NCBI GenBank assembly: GCA_017470245.1
Contig: JAFUEV010000044.1
Span: 51,904-115,903 of the forward strand
DNA from: a bacterium
GTDB taxonomy: Bacteria > Cyanobacteriota > Vampirovibrionia > Gastranaerophilales > Gastranaerophilaceae
Length of the DNA: 64,000 nt
Direction: 5' to 3'
Of the stretch, positions 35,946-43,785 are shown piece by piece. Position numbers and translations under genes: made by a program. Below the pieces are notes generated by a model, which did no database searches, had not been told where the DNA came from, and worked only from the letters and a program-made list of their open reading frames with translations. The first letter of the stretch is position 1; each line of letters opens with the position of its first letter.

Positions 35946-36926
35946 TTAAAATAAGTATTGCTTAAATGGATTGTTGTAATCATAATTTCTGATTGGTTGT
36001 TGTGAATATGTTCTTTGACCAATGTATCCAAATTTAGGTATGCTTCTTTGGCTTTTGCTTGCTTGTCCTCTTTGTACTGAACCACTTTCTTTCTCAGGCT
36101 TTTGTGGATCTCCATATTTAGCCTTTAATTCTGCTTTAGCTTCATCAAGTGTTATACCGTGTTTTGTTGCATATTGTTGTGCATAAGTGTCAGGATTAAT
36201 ACCGGGATCTGGCATATCATCTATATCTTCTTCATCTTCTTCAAAACTAAAATCATCATCTTCAGCTGTGCCTGCAAATACTTCATCAGGTGCACCGTAT
36301 TTCGCTTTTAATTCAGCTTTTGCTTCATCAACAGTTATTCCTTGTTCAGTTGCATATTGTTGTGCGTAGGTTTCTGGGTCAACTCCCGGATCGAAGTCTT
36401 TTTCAGAACCATCTATATCATCTGTTCTTTCTTCTTCATCATCTTCCTTGTCGCCAAATTTTTCTCTTAATTCAGCTTTAGCTTCATCTAATGAAAGACC
36501 ATGTTCAGTTGCATATTGTTGTGCGTATGTTTCTTTGTCTATACTCTTATCTGGTTTCTCAGGTTTTACTTCTTCTGTTTCTTCATTTTTCATCGAGTCA
36601 ACAGTTGTTGTTATACTTTCCAAAAGCTTTTGTATCTTATCTAATAATGTTTGAAGTATTTCTTGGAATGATGTGTTATTTACTTCTGTGTTATTATCAC
36701 TCCAACCAGAATCAATTAAGCCGGAAATACTTGTACCTTGATTTGATGATACAGCCTGGTTATTTGGTTGATTGTTATATGAAAATAGTGATACTTCGTT
36801 TCCTTCTTTAGTTGGTTCACCATATTTTGCTTTTAATTGATTTTTTGCTTCTTCTAATGAAATTTTATTTTTTGTAGCATATTCTTGAGCGTAAACATTT
36901 GGATTTTTTCCTATAGGTGCTGTCAT
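35946..36926 (-). CDS. Acidic tandem-repeat protein with 4 copies of a ~30-aa [ND]PxxYAQ[QE]YA-x4-[IL][ST][LV][DE]EAK-x-[EQ]L[KR][AE]K[YF]G motif
   Basis: 326 aa. The repeats are at aa 8-37, 130-159, 183-213 and 244-274, for example NPDTYAQQYATKHGITLDEAKAELKAKYGDP. Asp/Glu-rich spacers separate them, and the C-terminus is aromatic (...NPFKQYLF). There is no signal peptide. Confidence 0.75.
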   Translation of the reverse strand: MTAPIGKNPNVYAQEYATKNKISLEEAKNQLKAKYGEPTKEGNEVSLFSYNNQPNNQAVSSNQGTSISGLIDSGWSDNNTEVNNTSFQEILQTLLDKIQKLLESITTTVDSMKNEETEEVKPEKPDKSIDKETYAQQYATEHGLSLDEAKAELREKFGDKEDDEEERTDDIDGSEKDFDPGVDPETYAQQYATEQGITVDEAKAELKAKYGAPDEVFAGTAEDDDFSFEEDEEDIDDMPDPGINPDTYAQQYATKHGITLDEAKAELKAKYGDPQKPEKESGSVQRGQASKSQRSIPKFGYIGQRTYSQQPIRNYDYNNPFKQYLF

Positions 36927-36977
36927 ATATCTCTCCTTATTTCTATCTACTTTATTATTAAAAAAAATTTTTTTTCT

Positions 36978-37010
36978 TAAATAATAGTTCTTCTGGACTA
37001 TTTTTTATTT
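36978..37010. repeat. Copy 1 of a 33-nt palindrome-containing intergenic motif
   Basis: The sequence is taaataatagttcttctggactattttttattt. It contains the inverted repeat AATAGTTC/GGACTATT (with a G-U wobble), a 4-nt loop and then a T-run. Confidence 0.6.
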
Positions 37011-37060
37011 ATAAACTTAAAAAAATTATTTACTCTTTTTATAAAATTTTTATCTTTACC

Positions 37061-37093
37061 TAAATGATAGTTTTTGAGGACTATTTTAATTTT
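37061..37093. repeat. Copy 2 of the intergenic motif
   Basis: The sequence is taaatgatagtttttgaggactattttaatttt. Confidence 0.6.
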
Positions 37094-37109
37094 TTTTGAA
37101 TTTTCTTAT

Positions 37110-37145
37110 ATAAAACAACAAAAGAACCAAATTTCTTTGGTTCTT
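37110..37145 (-). terminator. Hairpin with a U-rich tail on the minus strand inside the long spacer
   Basis: A perfect 10-bp stem aagaaccaaa/tttggttctt (37122..37145) with a 4-nt loop. The minus strand continues ttgttgtttt. Confidence 0.45.
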
Positions 37146-37432
37146 CATTCTGGTTTGTCTCTCTTCTTCCTCGATTTGATATTGCATTTGCTCTGCTATA
37201 TATATAAAAATTTTTTCTGTATTAAAAATGCAATCTTTTTATTTTTCTTATTATTTCTTTACAATTGTGAATTTTCTCTGATAGAGCCTGCTATTGCAGG
37301 CTCTGTTGTTGTCCCCCAAAAATTGCCCACAAATCTTTATGTCTATTTTTATTTTTGAGTCAATTTCCTTTTGTCTTTTAGGTATTAATCTGTATATCCT
37401 ATCGACAATATTAAAAAAAATTCTTTATGTGA

Positions 37433-37465
37433 TAAATGATAGTTCTTTTGGGCTATTTTTATTCT
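37433..37465. repeat. Copy 3 of the intergenic motif, overlapping the response-regulator stop codon
   Basis: The sequence is taaatgatagttcttttgggctatttttattct. Confidence 0.6.
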
Positions 37466-38121
37466 ATAATTTTATTTTTTATAGCAAAAATTGCGGCTTG
37501 TGTTCTGTCTTTGACTGACAGCTTTTCAATAATGCTTGCCATGTGATTTTTTACAGTATTCCTTGATATAAATAGTTTTTCAGCTATTTCATCATTTGAT
37601 AATCCGTCAGAAACTAGTTTCAATACTTCTTTCTCTCTATCGGATATATTAAAATCTTCAGCTTTTAACTTTTGTTGTTTTTGAGCTTCTTCCATTTTCT
37701 TTAATACATCAAATATATATCCTGCAATTTGTTTATCAACCCATATTCCGCCATCAGCAACTATATCAAATATTCCTGATAATTCTTCTGATTTAATGTT
37801 TTTTACACAATATGCATTTGCTCCGTAATTAAATGAATCTAAGACTTTTTCTCTTTCGGTATATGATGTCAGCATAATAATTTTTATATTCTTTTTCAAT
37901 TTTTTTATTTCTTGTGTTGCTTCAATTCCGTCCATAACCGGCATATCTATGTCCATTAATATTATATCGGGTGGCTGTTGTGTATTTACAAAATTAACGG
38001 CATCTTTTCCGTTTTCTACGGTTGATAATAATCCGACATTCTTCAATTTTTTTATTTGATATTCCAAAGTTTGTCTTGTTAACGGATGGTCTTCCGCAAT
38101 TAAAACATTATATTTTGCCAT
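37459..38121 (-). CDS. Two-component response regulator, NarL/LuxR family
   Basis: 220 aa. The REC domain has the acceptor region IILMDIDMPVMDG. The C-terminal LuxR HTH is ISDREKEVLKLVSDGLSNDEIAEKLFISRNTVKNHMASIIEKL. Confidence 0.9.
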   Translation of the reverse strand: MAKYNVLIAEDHPLTRQTLEYQIKKLKNVGLLSTVENGKDAVNFVNTQQPPDIILMDIDMPVMDGIEATQEIKKLKKNIKIIMLTSYTEREKVLDSFNYGANAYCVKNIKSEELSGIFDIVADGGIWVDKQIAGYIFDVLKKMEEAQKQQKLKAEDFNISDREKEVLKLVSDGLSNDEIAEKLFISRNTVKNHMASIIEKLSVKDRTQAAIFAIKNKIIE

Positions 38122-39208
38122 TATTTGTTCCCTTGTTTGGTAATTCTACTACAAATCTTGTATATTCATTTACTTTGCTGTCGATGTATATTTTTCCGTA
38201 ATTTTTGAGAACAAGTTCTCTGACTATAGATAAACCTAAGCCTGATACAGATTTTTTACCTGATGAACTTTTTGAAACATATTTTTTAAATATGTTCTTT
38301 TTATCTTCGTCACTTATACCTGCTCCGTTGTCTTTAATTGATATGTATGTAACAGTTTGCAACTTTTTGGAACTTATAACTATTTTCTTGTCGTTATCTA
38401 TATTCTCTATCGAGTTAGATACAAGATTTAATATTACTCTGTTTATTGAAATATAGTCAGCCCAAATAATAAAATTAGGTTTTACGTTGTTTATAAGTTT
38501 AATATTTTTATTATTTGCGGCAGGTAGCAGTGCTTTTATTATTGTATTTACCAGTTGATGTAAATCTATTTCTATTTTATCAATTTTAATATCTCTTAGT
38601 CTTAATGTCTCAATAATAGAGTTAATTAATTTTAAATACGCTTCGTTGTTTTCAACCATACCTGTTACAATAGGATTATCTTTCATATCGTCTGATAATA
38701 TTTCTATTGCTCTTTCTTGAGCTATAACAGGAGAACGAAGGTCATGAACTAAGTTTTGTATAAAGTTATCTTGCAATTTTTCTTTTTGCTTTAATCCTGT
38801 AACCATTGAGTTCAAGGTCTTATATGTTTCTTGTATTGTTTTGTTTTCACTTTTTGTTTTAAACTTAACATCAAGTGAGCCGTTTTGAATTATTTTTATA
38901 TTCTTTTCAATATGTTCAAGCGGGCTTATAAAATTTTTCTCTAAATATTTAAGTATGTAAAATATAAATATAGAGCTTAATGTCACAATTACTATAAATG
39001 GATCTGATAATGGAGGTTTTTGTGGTGGTATATCATCTTCTTCATCCTTATCATCCGGCTCATCAATTTCATGCTCTATATGGTGATGCGGTGGCTTATG
39101 TCTATCATCTCTTTCTCTTGGCTCATTTCCTATCAGCACAAGTGAATAAAACATTAATGAGATGAATGTCACAAATATAAAAAATAATTTTATTGTAAAT
39201 TTACCCAT
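38108..39208 (-). CDS. Sensor histidine kinase with a short His/Asp/Glu/Pro-rich extracytoplasmic loop
   Basis: 366 aa with 2 TM segments flanking RERDDRHKPPHHHIEHEIDEPDDKDEEDDIPPQKPP. The H-box is HDLRSPV, the N-box is LNLVSNSIEN, G1 is IKDNGAGI and G2 is GLGLSIV. It overlaps the response-regulator gene by 14 nt. Confidence 0.85.
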   Translation of the reverse strand: MGKFTIKLFFIFVTFISLMFYSLVLIGNEPRERDDRHKPPHHHIEHEIDEPDDKDEEDDIPPQKPPLSDPFIVIVTLSSIFIFYILKYLEKNFISPLEHIEKNIKIIQNGSLDVKFKTKSENKTIQETYKTLNSMVTGLKQKEKLQDNFIQNLVHDLRSPVIAQERAIEILSDDMKDNPIVTGMVENNEAYLKLINSIIETLRLRDIKIDKIEIDLHQLVNTIIKALLPAANNKNIKLINNVKPNFIIWADYISINRVILNLVSNSIENIDNDKKIVISSKKLQTVTYISIKDNGAGISDEDKKNIFKKYVSKSSSGKKSVSGLGLSIVRELVLKNYGKIYIDSKVNEYTRFVVELPNKGTNNGKI

Positions 39209-39337
39209 GATAAAATTATATTTTGTTTTTTTATTTTACTCAAATTTTTTATGATATTTTAACTTGTAAAATTGTTGAAATATTACAAAAATAATTGTAC
39301 AATCAATTTGCAAAGTATTTTATATTATGAGGTATTT

Positions 39338-40675
39338 ATGAAATTACACGTACAGACATTATTTGTTGCTATTGGGCTTGGTATCAAGCGTAATTGGCAT
39401 ATATTTTTAGCGATAATTATCGGTATAATTTTTGGTAATTTTATTCACGAACATCAGGACTCTGCTTCATTAATGAAAGTACTGGCTTTTCTTAATATTA
39501 TAGGACAGGCTTTTATCAGAGTTATTCAAATGGTAGTAATTCCTCTTGTTTGTAGTGCAATAATTGTTGGAATTTCAAGTATCGGCGATAGCAAACAAAT
39601 CGGTAAATTCGGTAAAAAAATGATTTTATATTACGGAATTATTACTGTTTTAGCGGTTATTATCGGTGCTTGTTTGGTTCTTTCTTTTAAACCCGGTATC
39701 GGAGTTCAGGAATTTATCAGCCAAACTGCTGCTATAGATATTCAAAATCAAGTTAGTAATGTAATTGAAGAACAAAGAGGACACATAGGTAATATTTTCT
39801 TAAATATGATTCCTCAAAACCCGTTGGAATCTCTTGCTAAAGGTGAAATGATTCCTATTATTTTCTTTACATTAATTTTCTCTTTAGCATTATCTAAAGT
39901 CGGTGAAATAAATCGTCCGATAGTTTCATTCTTTGAGTCTGTTTTTGCTGCTACTATGAAAATAACAGATTGGATTATGATATTTGCAGCTCCAGGTGTT
40001 TTTGCTTTAACTACAGTTTCAGTTTCTTCTTTTGGTTTAAGCATTTTTAATTCTATATCCAAATTCTTAGGAATTATTATAATTGGTTTTATGATTCAAT
40101 TCTTTGTTGTTTATCCGCTTTTAATGAAAATATTCAGCAAAGTTCCTGTTACAACTTTTTATGCAGCAATAATTGAAGCATTATTAGTTGCATTTGGTAC
40201 TGCTTCAAGTAGTGCAACACTACCTCTTACAATTGCTTGTTGTGAGAAAAGAGGTATTTCTCACAAAGTATGCAGTTTCGTTCTTCCGTTAGGTGCAACT
40301 CTTAACATGGATGGTACAGCATTATTTCAAACAGTTTGCGTAATCTTCTTGACTCAAGCCTATGGTGTTACGCTTGAACCTATGCAAATCGGACTTATAT
40401 TGTTACTTGTTATGATTTCATCAAGTACTTGTGCAGGTATTCCCGGAGCAGGTTTAATAACTATTGCATTGGTATTAAACAGTTTAGGATTATCTCCTCA
40501 ACAATTAGTTGAAGGTTTTGCATTCTTATTTGCAATAGATAGAGTTGTTGATATGTTGAGAACAACAATTAACGTAGCAAGTGATGCTGTAGTTGCTGCA
40601 GTTATTGCTGATAATGAAAACGAAGTAAATTATGATTTGTTAAATAATACAGATGAATATAAGGATATTATATAA
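39338..40675 (+). CDS. Dicarboxylate/amino acid:cation symporter (DAACS, GltP-like)
   Basis: The first ATG (MKLHVQTLFVAIG) is at 39338, whereas the track ORF begins at an upstream TTG at 39272. Motifs present are GTASSSATLP and LNMDGTALFQ. Confidence 0.85.
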   Translation: MKLHVQTLFVAIGLGIKRNWHIFLAIIIGIIFGNFIHEHQDSASLMKVLAFLNIIGQAFIRVIQMVVIPLVCSAIIVGISSIGDSKQIGKFGKKMILYYGIITVLAVIIGACLVLSFKPGIGVQEFISQTAAIDIQNQVSNVIEEQRGHIGNIFLNMIPQNPLESLAKGEMIPIIFFTLIFSLALSKVGEINRPIVSFFESVFAATMKITDWIMIFAAPGVFALTTVSVSSFGLSIFNSISKFLGIIIIGFMIQFFVVYPLLMKIFSKVPVTTFYAAIIEALLVAFGTASSSATLPLTIACCEKRGISHKVCSFVLPLGATLNMDGTALFQTVCVIFLTQAYGVTLEPMQIGLILLLVMISSSTCAGIPGAGLITIALVLNSLGLSPQQLVEGFAFLFAIDRVVDMLRTTINVASDAVVAAVIADNENEVNYDLLNNTDEYKDII

Positions 40676-40701
40676 TCCTTTATTTAAAATTAAGATAATA
40701 A

Positions 40702-40725
40702 AAAAGCTCCCGAAAGGGAGCTTTT
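40702..40725. terminator. Bidirectional terminator between convergent genes
   Basis: A 10-bp stem (aaaagctccc gaaa gggagctttt) with a GNRA-like loop. Confidence 0.65.
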
Positions 40726-40738
40726 AAAATGTTTTAAA

Positions 40739-40957
40739 TTAATCTACCAAAACTTGTTGAATTTCAACATTTGGTTTACCTAATACTCTCACTAACTCTA
40801 ATACGGAAGCTTTCATTTGACATTTTTGTGATGTGCCGTTGAAAAAGTCCGTATAAAAGCAGCCTTCACAAACACAACCTCTTTTATAACATTCTAAAGC
40901 AGTGTTTGTCCATCTTCTTACCGCAATCGATCTACCCATATCTCTGCTTCTAAGCAC
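40739..40957 (-). CDS. Small Cys-rich hypothetical protein
   Basis: 72 aa with a GTG start 7 nt downstream of AAGGAGGA. The Cys pattern is ECYKRGCVCEGC...C. I did not recognise the family. Confidence 0.55.
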   Translation of the reverse strand: MLRSRDMGRSIAVRRWTNTALECYKRGCVCEGCFYTDFFNGTSQKCQMKASVLELVRVLGKPNVEIQQVLVD

Positions 40958-41040
40958 TAGAAAATCCTCCTTGAAATAATCCCCAATAAATTAAATGTAA
41001 TGTTTATTAGCATGTACATTCCCTAATTACTGATACTTTT

Positions 41041-41068
41041 ATTATATCTATTTAGACTTTCATTTCAA
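41041..41068 (-). promoter_or_regulatory. Candidate promoter for the small Cys-rich gene
   Basis: On the minus strand, TTGAAA (41068..41063), a 16-nt spacer and TATAAT (41046..41041), leaving a leader of about 80 nt. This is pattern match only. Confidence 0.35.
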
Positions 41069-41155
41069 GAAATCTCTATTCAATTATTACGTTATGATAC
41101 AAAAATTAATAATATAATGAATTATATAGTATATTTATTTGTTGCATAAACATAC

Positions 41156-41191
41156 AAAAAAGTACAATGCAATAAAGCATTGTACTTTTTT
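41156..41191 (-). terminator. Rho-independent terminator after pheT
   Basis: A 10-bp stem agtacaatgc/gcattgtact with a 6-nt loop, flanked by A- and T-runs. Confidence 0.6.
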
Positions 41192-41204
41192 ATGTAAGTA
41201 TAAT

Positions 41205-43658
41205 TTATCTGAAACTGATTGTTGGGAACTTTTTCATAAGCCCGTTTCTTATAGAATCCATTTCTACATTTATCCTTTCATCAGTGAGTGTTGTTTCTTC
41301 ATCCAGTAGTGTAATTCTATATGCCAAGCTTTTATATCCTTCCTGTATATGTTCACCTTCGTATATATCAAATAAATTAGCACCTCTATATAATTTGTTA
41401 TTTGCGCTTTTCTTGATTGCAAGAACTATTTCATCATTGTTTATATTTTTATCTATTGCAAAAGAAATATCTCTTTGAACTTCAGGAAATTGTGGTAATG
41501 TTTTGTATTTTGAAGTATGAACAGATGCTGCTTTTAGCAGTTTTGTCAGATTTAATTCAAACAAATATATATTTTGATTAATTTTCATTTTGTCTTTGAT
41601 AATTGGGTATATTTCACCAAAATAACCAACTGTTTCAGGAACTTTTCCAAGTAATACAACTTTTGCACTTCTTCCTGGATGCAGATATGAACAGTCATCT
41701 GCAGGTGAAAATTTAACTCTTCCCGAAATATTCAGTAATGCAAATAAAGATTCCATAACTCCTTTTAGAGTATAAAAATCAGCTGAAGGAAGTTTTTTCC
41801 ATAAATTGTGATTATCGTCACCTGTCATCACACCTGATACCATTAAATTTTCTTCTACCCCGCTATCAATTTTTTCAGCAGGCTTTTTGATAAAATATGT
41901 TTTACCTAGTTCATATAGCCAAATATTCTTTTGTCCGTTATCAAAATTCATTTTAAGAGTACTTAAAATATTTGCCATAACAGTTTGTCTCAACATTGTA
42001 TGATCTTCTGATTGCGGATTTTGAACAAATACAGCTTCTTCTTTGTTATAGCTTAAACCGAATTGATTTAATATTGGTTCACCAATTAAAGAGGAAGTCA
42101 TTGATTCATTGAAACCGTATCCTAAAAACATATTATTTATTTTATTTAGTAATCTTGCTTCTTGAGTTACAACCGGCGATTGGGTTTTATTTGGAAGCGT
42201 AGGCGCAATTTTATCATAACCGTATATTCTCGCAATTTCTTCAATTAAGTCAATTTCTTGTTTAACGTCATTTGCTCTGAAACTTGGTGTTTTAAATTTT
42301 GCAGCGGCTTCATTTTTTCCCAATAATTCAAAACCTAAATTTTCCAATATCTCTATACTTTTTTCAGATGGAATTTCCATTCCAAGCATTCTTTTTATTT
42401 GGTTAAATCTTAAAGTAATAATTATATCTTCAAGCTTGTTTTCACCTGTATCGGATATTCCCATATATTTTGCATCTGCATATTTAACTAATAAATTTAT
42501 AGCTCTGATAAGAGCAGGCTTAGTTGATTCTATATCAACTCCTCTTTCAAATCTTGCGCAAGCTTCGCTTCTGTAACCTATGCTTCTTGCATTTTTTCTG
42601 TTTGTTGGAGGTGTAAAATATGCTGCTTCAAGAGCTACATTTTTAGTATTATCATCTATTCCTGAATTTATACTTCCAAAAACACCTGCAACACAAACAC
42701 CTTTTTCTTTTGTAGCACATAATATTGAATCATTTGTTAAATTACGTTCTACTTCGTCAAGAGTTGTAATTGTTTCGCCTTCATTAGCTCTTCTTACACA
42801 GATATAACCGTTTAATTTATCAAAGTCAAATGAATGTAGCGGTTGTCCGTATTCTAATAATACATAATTTGTTATATCCACAACGTTATTTATTGAACGT
42901 ATTCCTGAAACTTCTAATCTTCTTTTCATCCAATCAGGTGATGGTTTTATTTTAATATCTTTAAGAATTGCCATTGCATAGTATTTACATGCATCTTTTG
43001 CTATGATTTCCACATCAAATTTTTCTTTTTTCAGAACAACAGGTTCTTGTTGTTTTTCAACTTTTAATTTTTTATTAAATAAAGAGCATATTTCACGAGC
43101 TACCCCTATTATAGACATTTCATCTCCCCTGTTTGCAGTTGGGGCAACATCTATTACAGTATCTTCTTTTATATTTAAAAGTTTTTGTATATCAGTACCA
43201 AGCTCAATACTATTAAATATTCTGTTTAAGATTAATATACCGTCTTCTGTTTGATATCCTTCTAATCCAAGCTCATCCTGTGAACACAACATACCTTGAG
43301 ATTCAATTCCCCTAATGACTGCAGGTGTAAGTTCATATTGCTCCCCTGTTTTTCTGTTTAGAACTTTTGAACCGACAGATGCATAAGGAATAATTTGACC
43401 TACTTCAATGTTTTGTGCACCACAAACTACTGTTTTTATTTGGTTGCCTAAATTTACATCTACTAAATGAAGCTTATCAGCATTTGGATGTTGTTTTATA
43501 TCTTTAATTTGTGCAGTTATTATATTTGTAAACTTTGCGCCTGTCTTTTCTGTTTCTTCAACTTCTAAGCCGCTCATTGTAAGTTCATGAACTATTTCTT
43601 CAGCGGTTAAATCAGTAATATCCACATATTCATTAAGCCATTCTAATGATATTTTCAT
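41205..43658 (-). CDS. pheT: Phenylalanine--tRNA ligase beta subunit
   Basis: 817 aa. It has the N-terminal tRNA-binding domain (IKQHPNADKLHLVDVNLG), B3/4, B5 and the C-terminal anticodon-binding FDX-ACB domain. No pheS is adjacent. Confidence 0.95.
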   Translation of the reverse strand: MKISLEWLNEYVDITDLTAEEIVHELTMSGLEVEETEKTGAKFTNIITAQIKDIKQHPNADKLHLVDVNLGNQIKTVVCGAQNIEVGQIIPYASVGSKVLNRKTGEQYELTPAVIRGIESQGMLCSQDELGLEGYQTEDGILILNRIFNSIELGTDIQKLLNIKEDTVIDVAPTANRGDEMSIIGVAREICSLFNKKLKVEKQQEPVVLKKEKFDVEIIAKDACKYYAMAILKDIKIKPSPDWMKRRLEVSGIRSINNVVDITNYVLLEYGQPLHSFDFDKLNGYICVRRANEGETITTLDEVERNLTNDSILCATKEKGVCVAGVFGSINSGIDDNTKNVALEAAYFTPPTNRKNARSIGYRSEACARFERGVDIESTKPALIRAINLLVKYADAKYMGISDTGENKLEDIIITLRFNQIKRMLGMEIPSEKSIEILENLGFELLGKNEAAAKFKTPSFRANDVKQEIDLIEEIARIYGYDKIAPTLPNKTQSPVVTQEARLLNKINNMFLGYGFNESMTSSLIGEPILNQFGLSYNKEEAVFVQNPQSEDHTMLRQTVMANILSTLKMNFDNGQKNIWLYELGKTYFIKKPAEKIDSGVEENLMVSGVMTGDDNHNLWKKLPSADFYTLKGVMESLFALLNISGRVKFSPADDCSYLHPGRSAKVVLLGKVPETVGYFGEIYPIIKDKMKINQNIYLFELNLTKLLKAASVHTSKYKTLPQFPEVQRDISFAIDKNINNDEIVLAIKKSANNKLYRGANLFDIYEGEHIQEGYKSLAYRITLLDEETTLTDERINVEMDSIRNGLMKKFPTISFR

Positions 43659-43785
43659 TTTTTTATTCCTCTTTAAATATATATAATAATTGTATTATAA
43701 AGACATTTTCATGTCATCTGTTATTGATTTTTCTCTAAATGTTTAATTATTTGGCAAAATTAATATATCAATATAAAATTAGAAT

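Noticed and set aside
35903-36115. 70-aa ORF overlapping the 3' end of the repeat-protein gene in another frame
   Set aside because: It is out of frame with a 326-aa ORF whose internal repeats are conserved at protein level, and it has no RBS or motif support.
36978-37465. Whether the three 33-nt motif copies form a CRISPR array or a MITE
   Set aside because: There are only three copies, and their spacing is irregular (83 and 372 nt). No cas genes, target-site duplications or terminal inverted repeats bound a unit.
37074-37518. Plus-strand ORFs 37074..37358 and 37294..37518 in the long spacer
   Set aside because: Their products are Phe/Leu/Ile-rich nonsense. They have no RBS and they span hairpins and the repeated motif. 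The region is better explained as non-coding regulatory or RNA sequence.
39272-39337. The TTG start at 39272 for the DAACS transporter, and the similar upstream TTG starts at 23229, 49897 and 50846
   Set aside because: Downstream ATGs give a better RBS and/or a proper signal peptide or conserved N-terminus. The extensions add only low-complexity residues.
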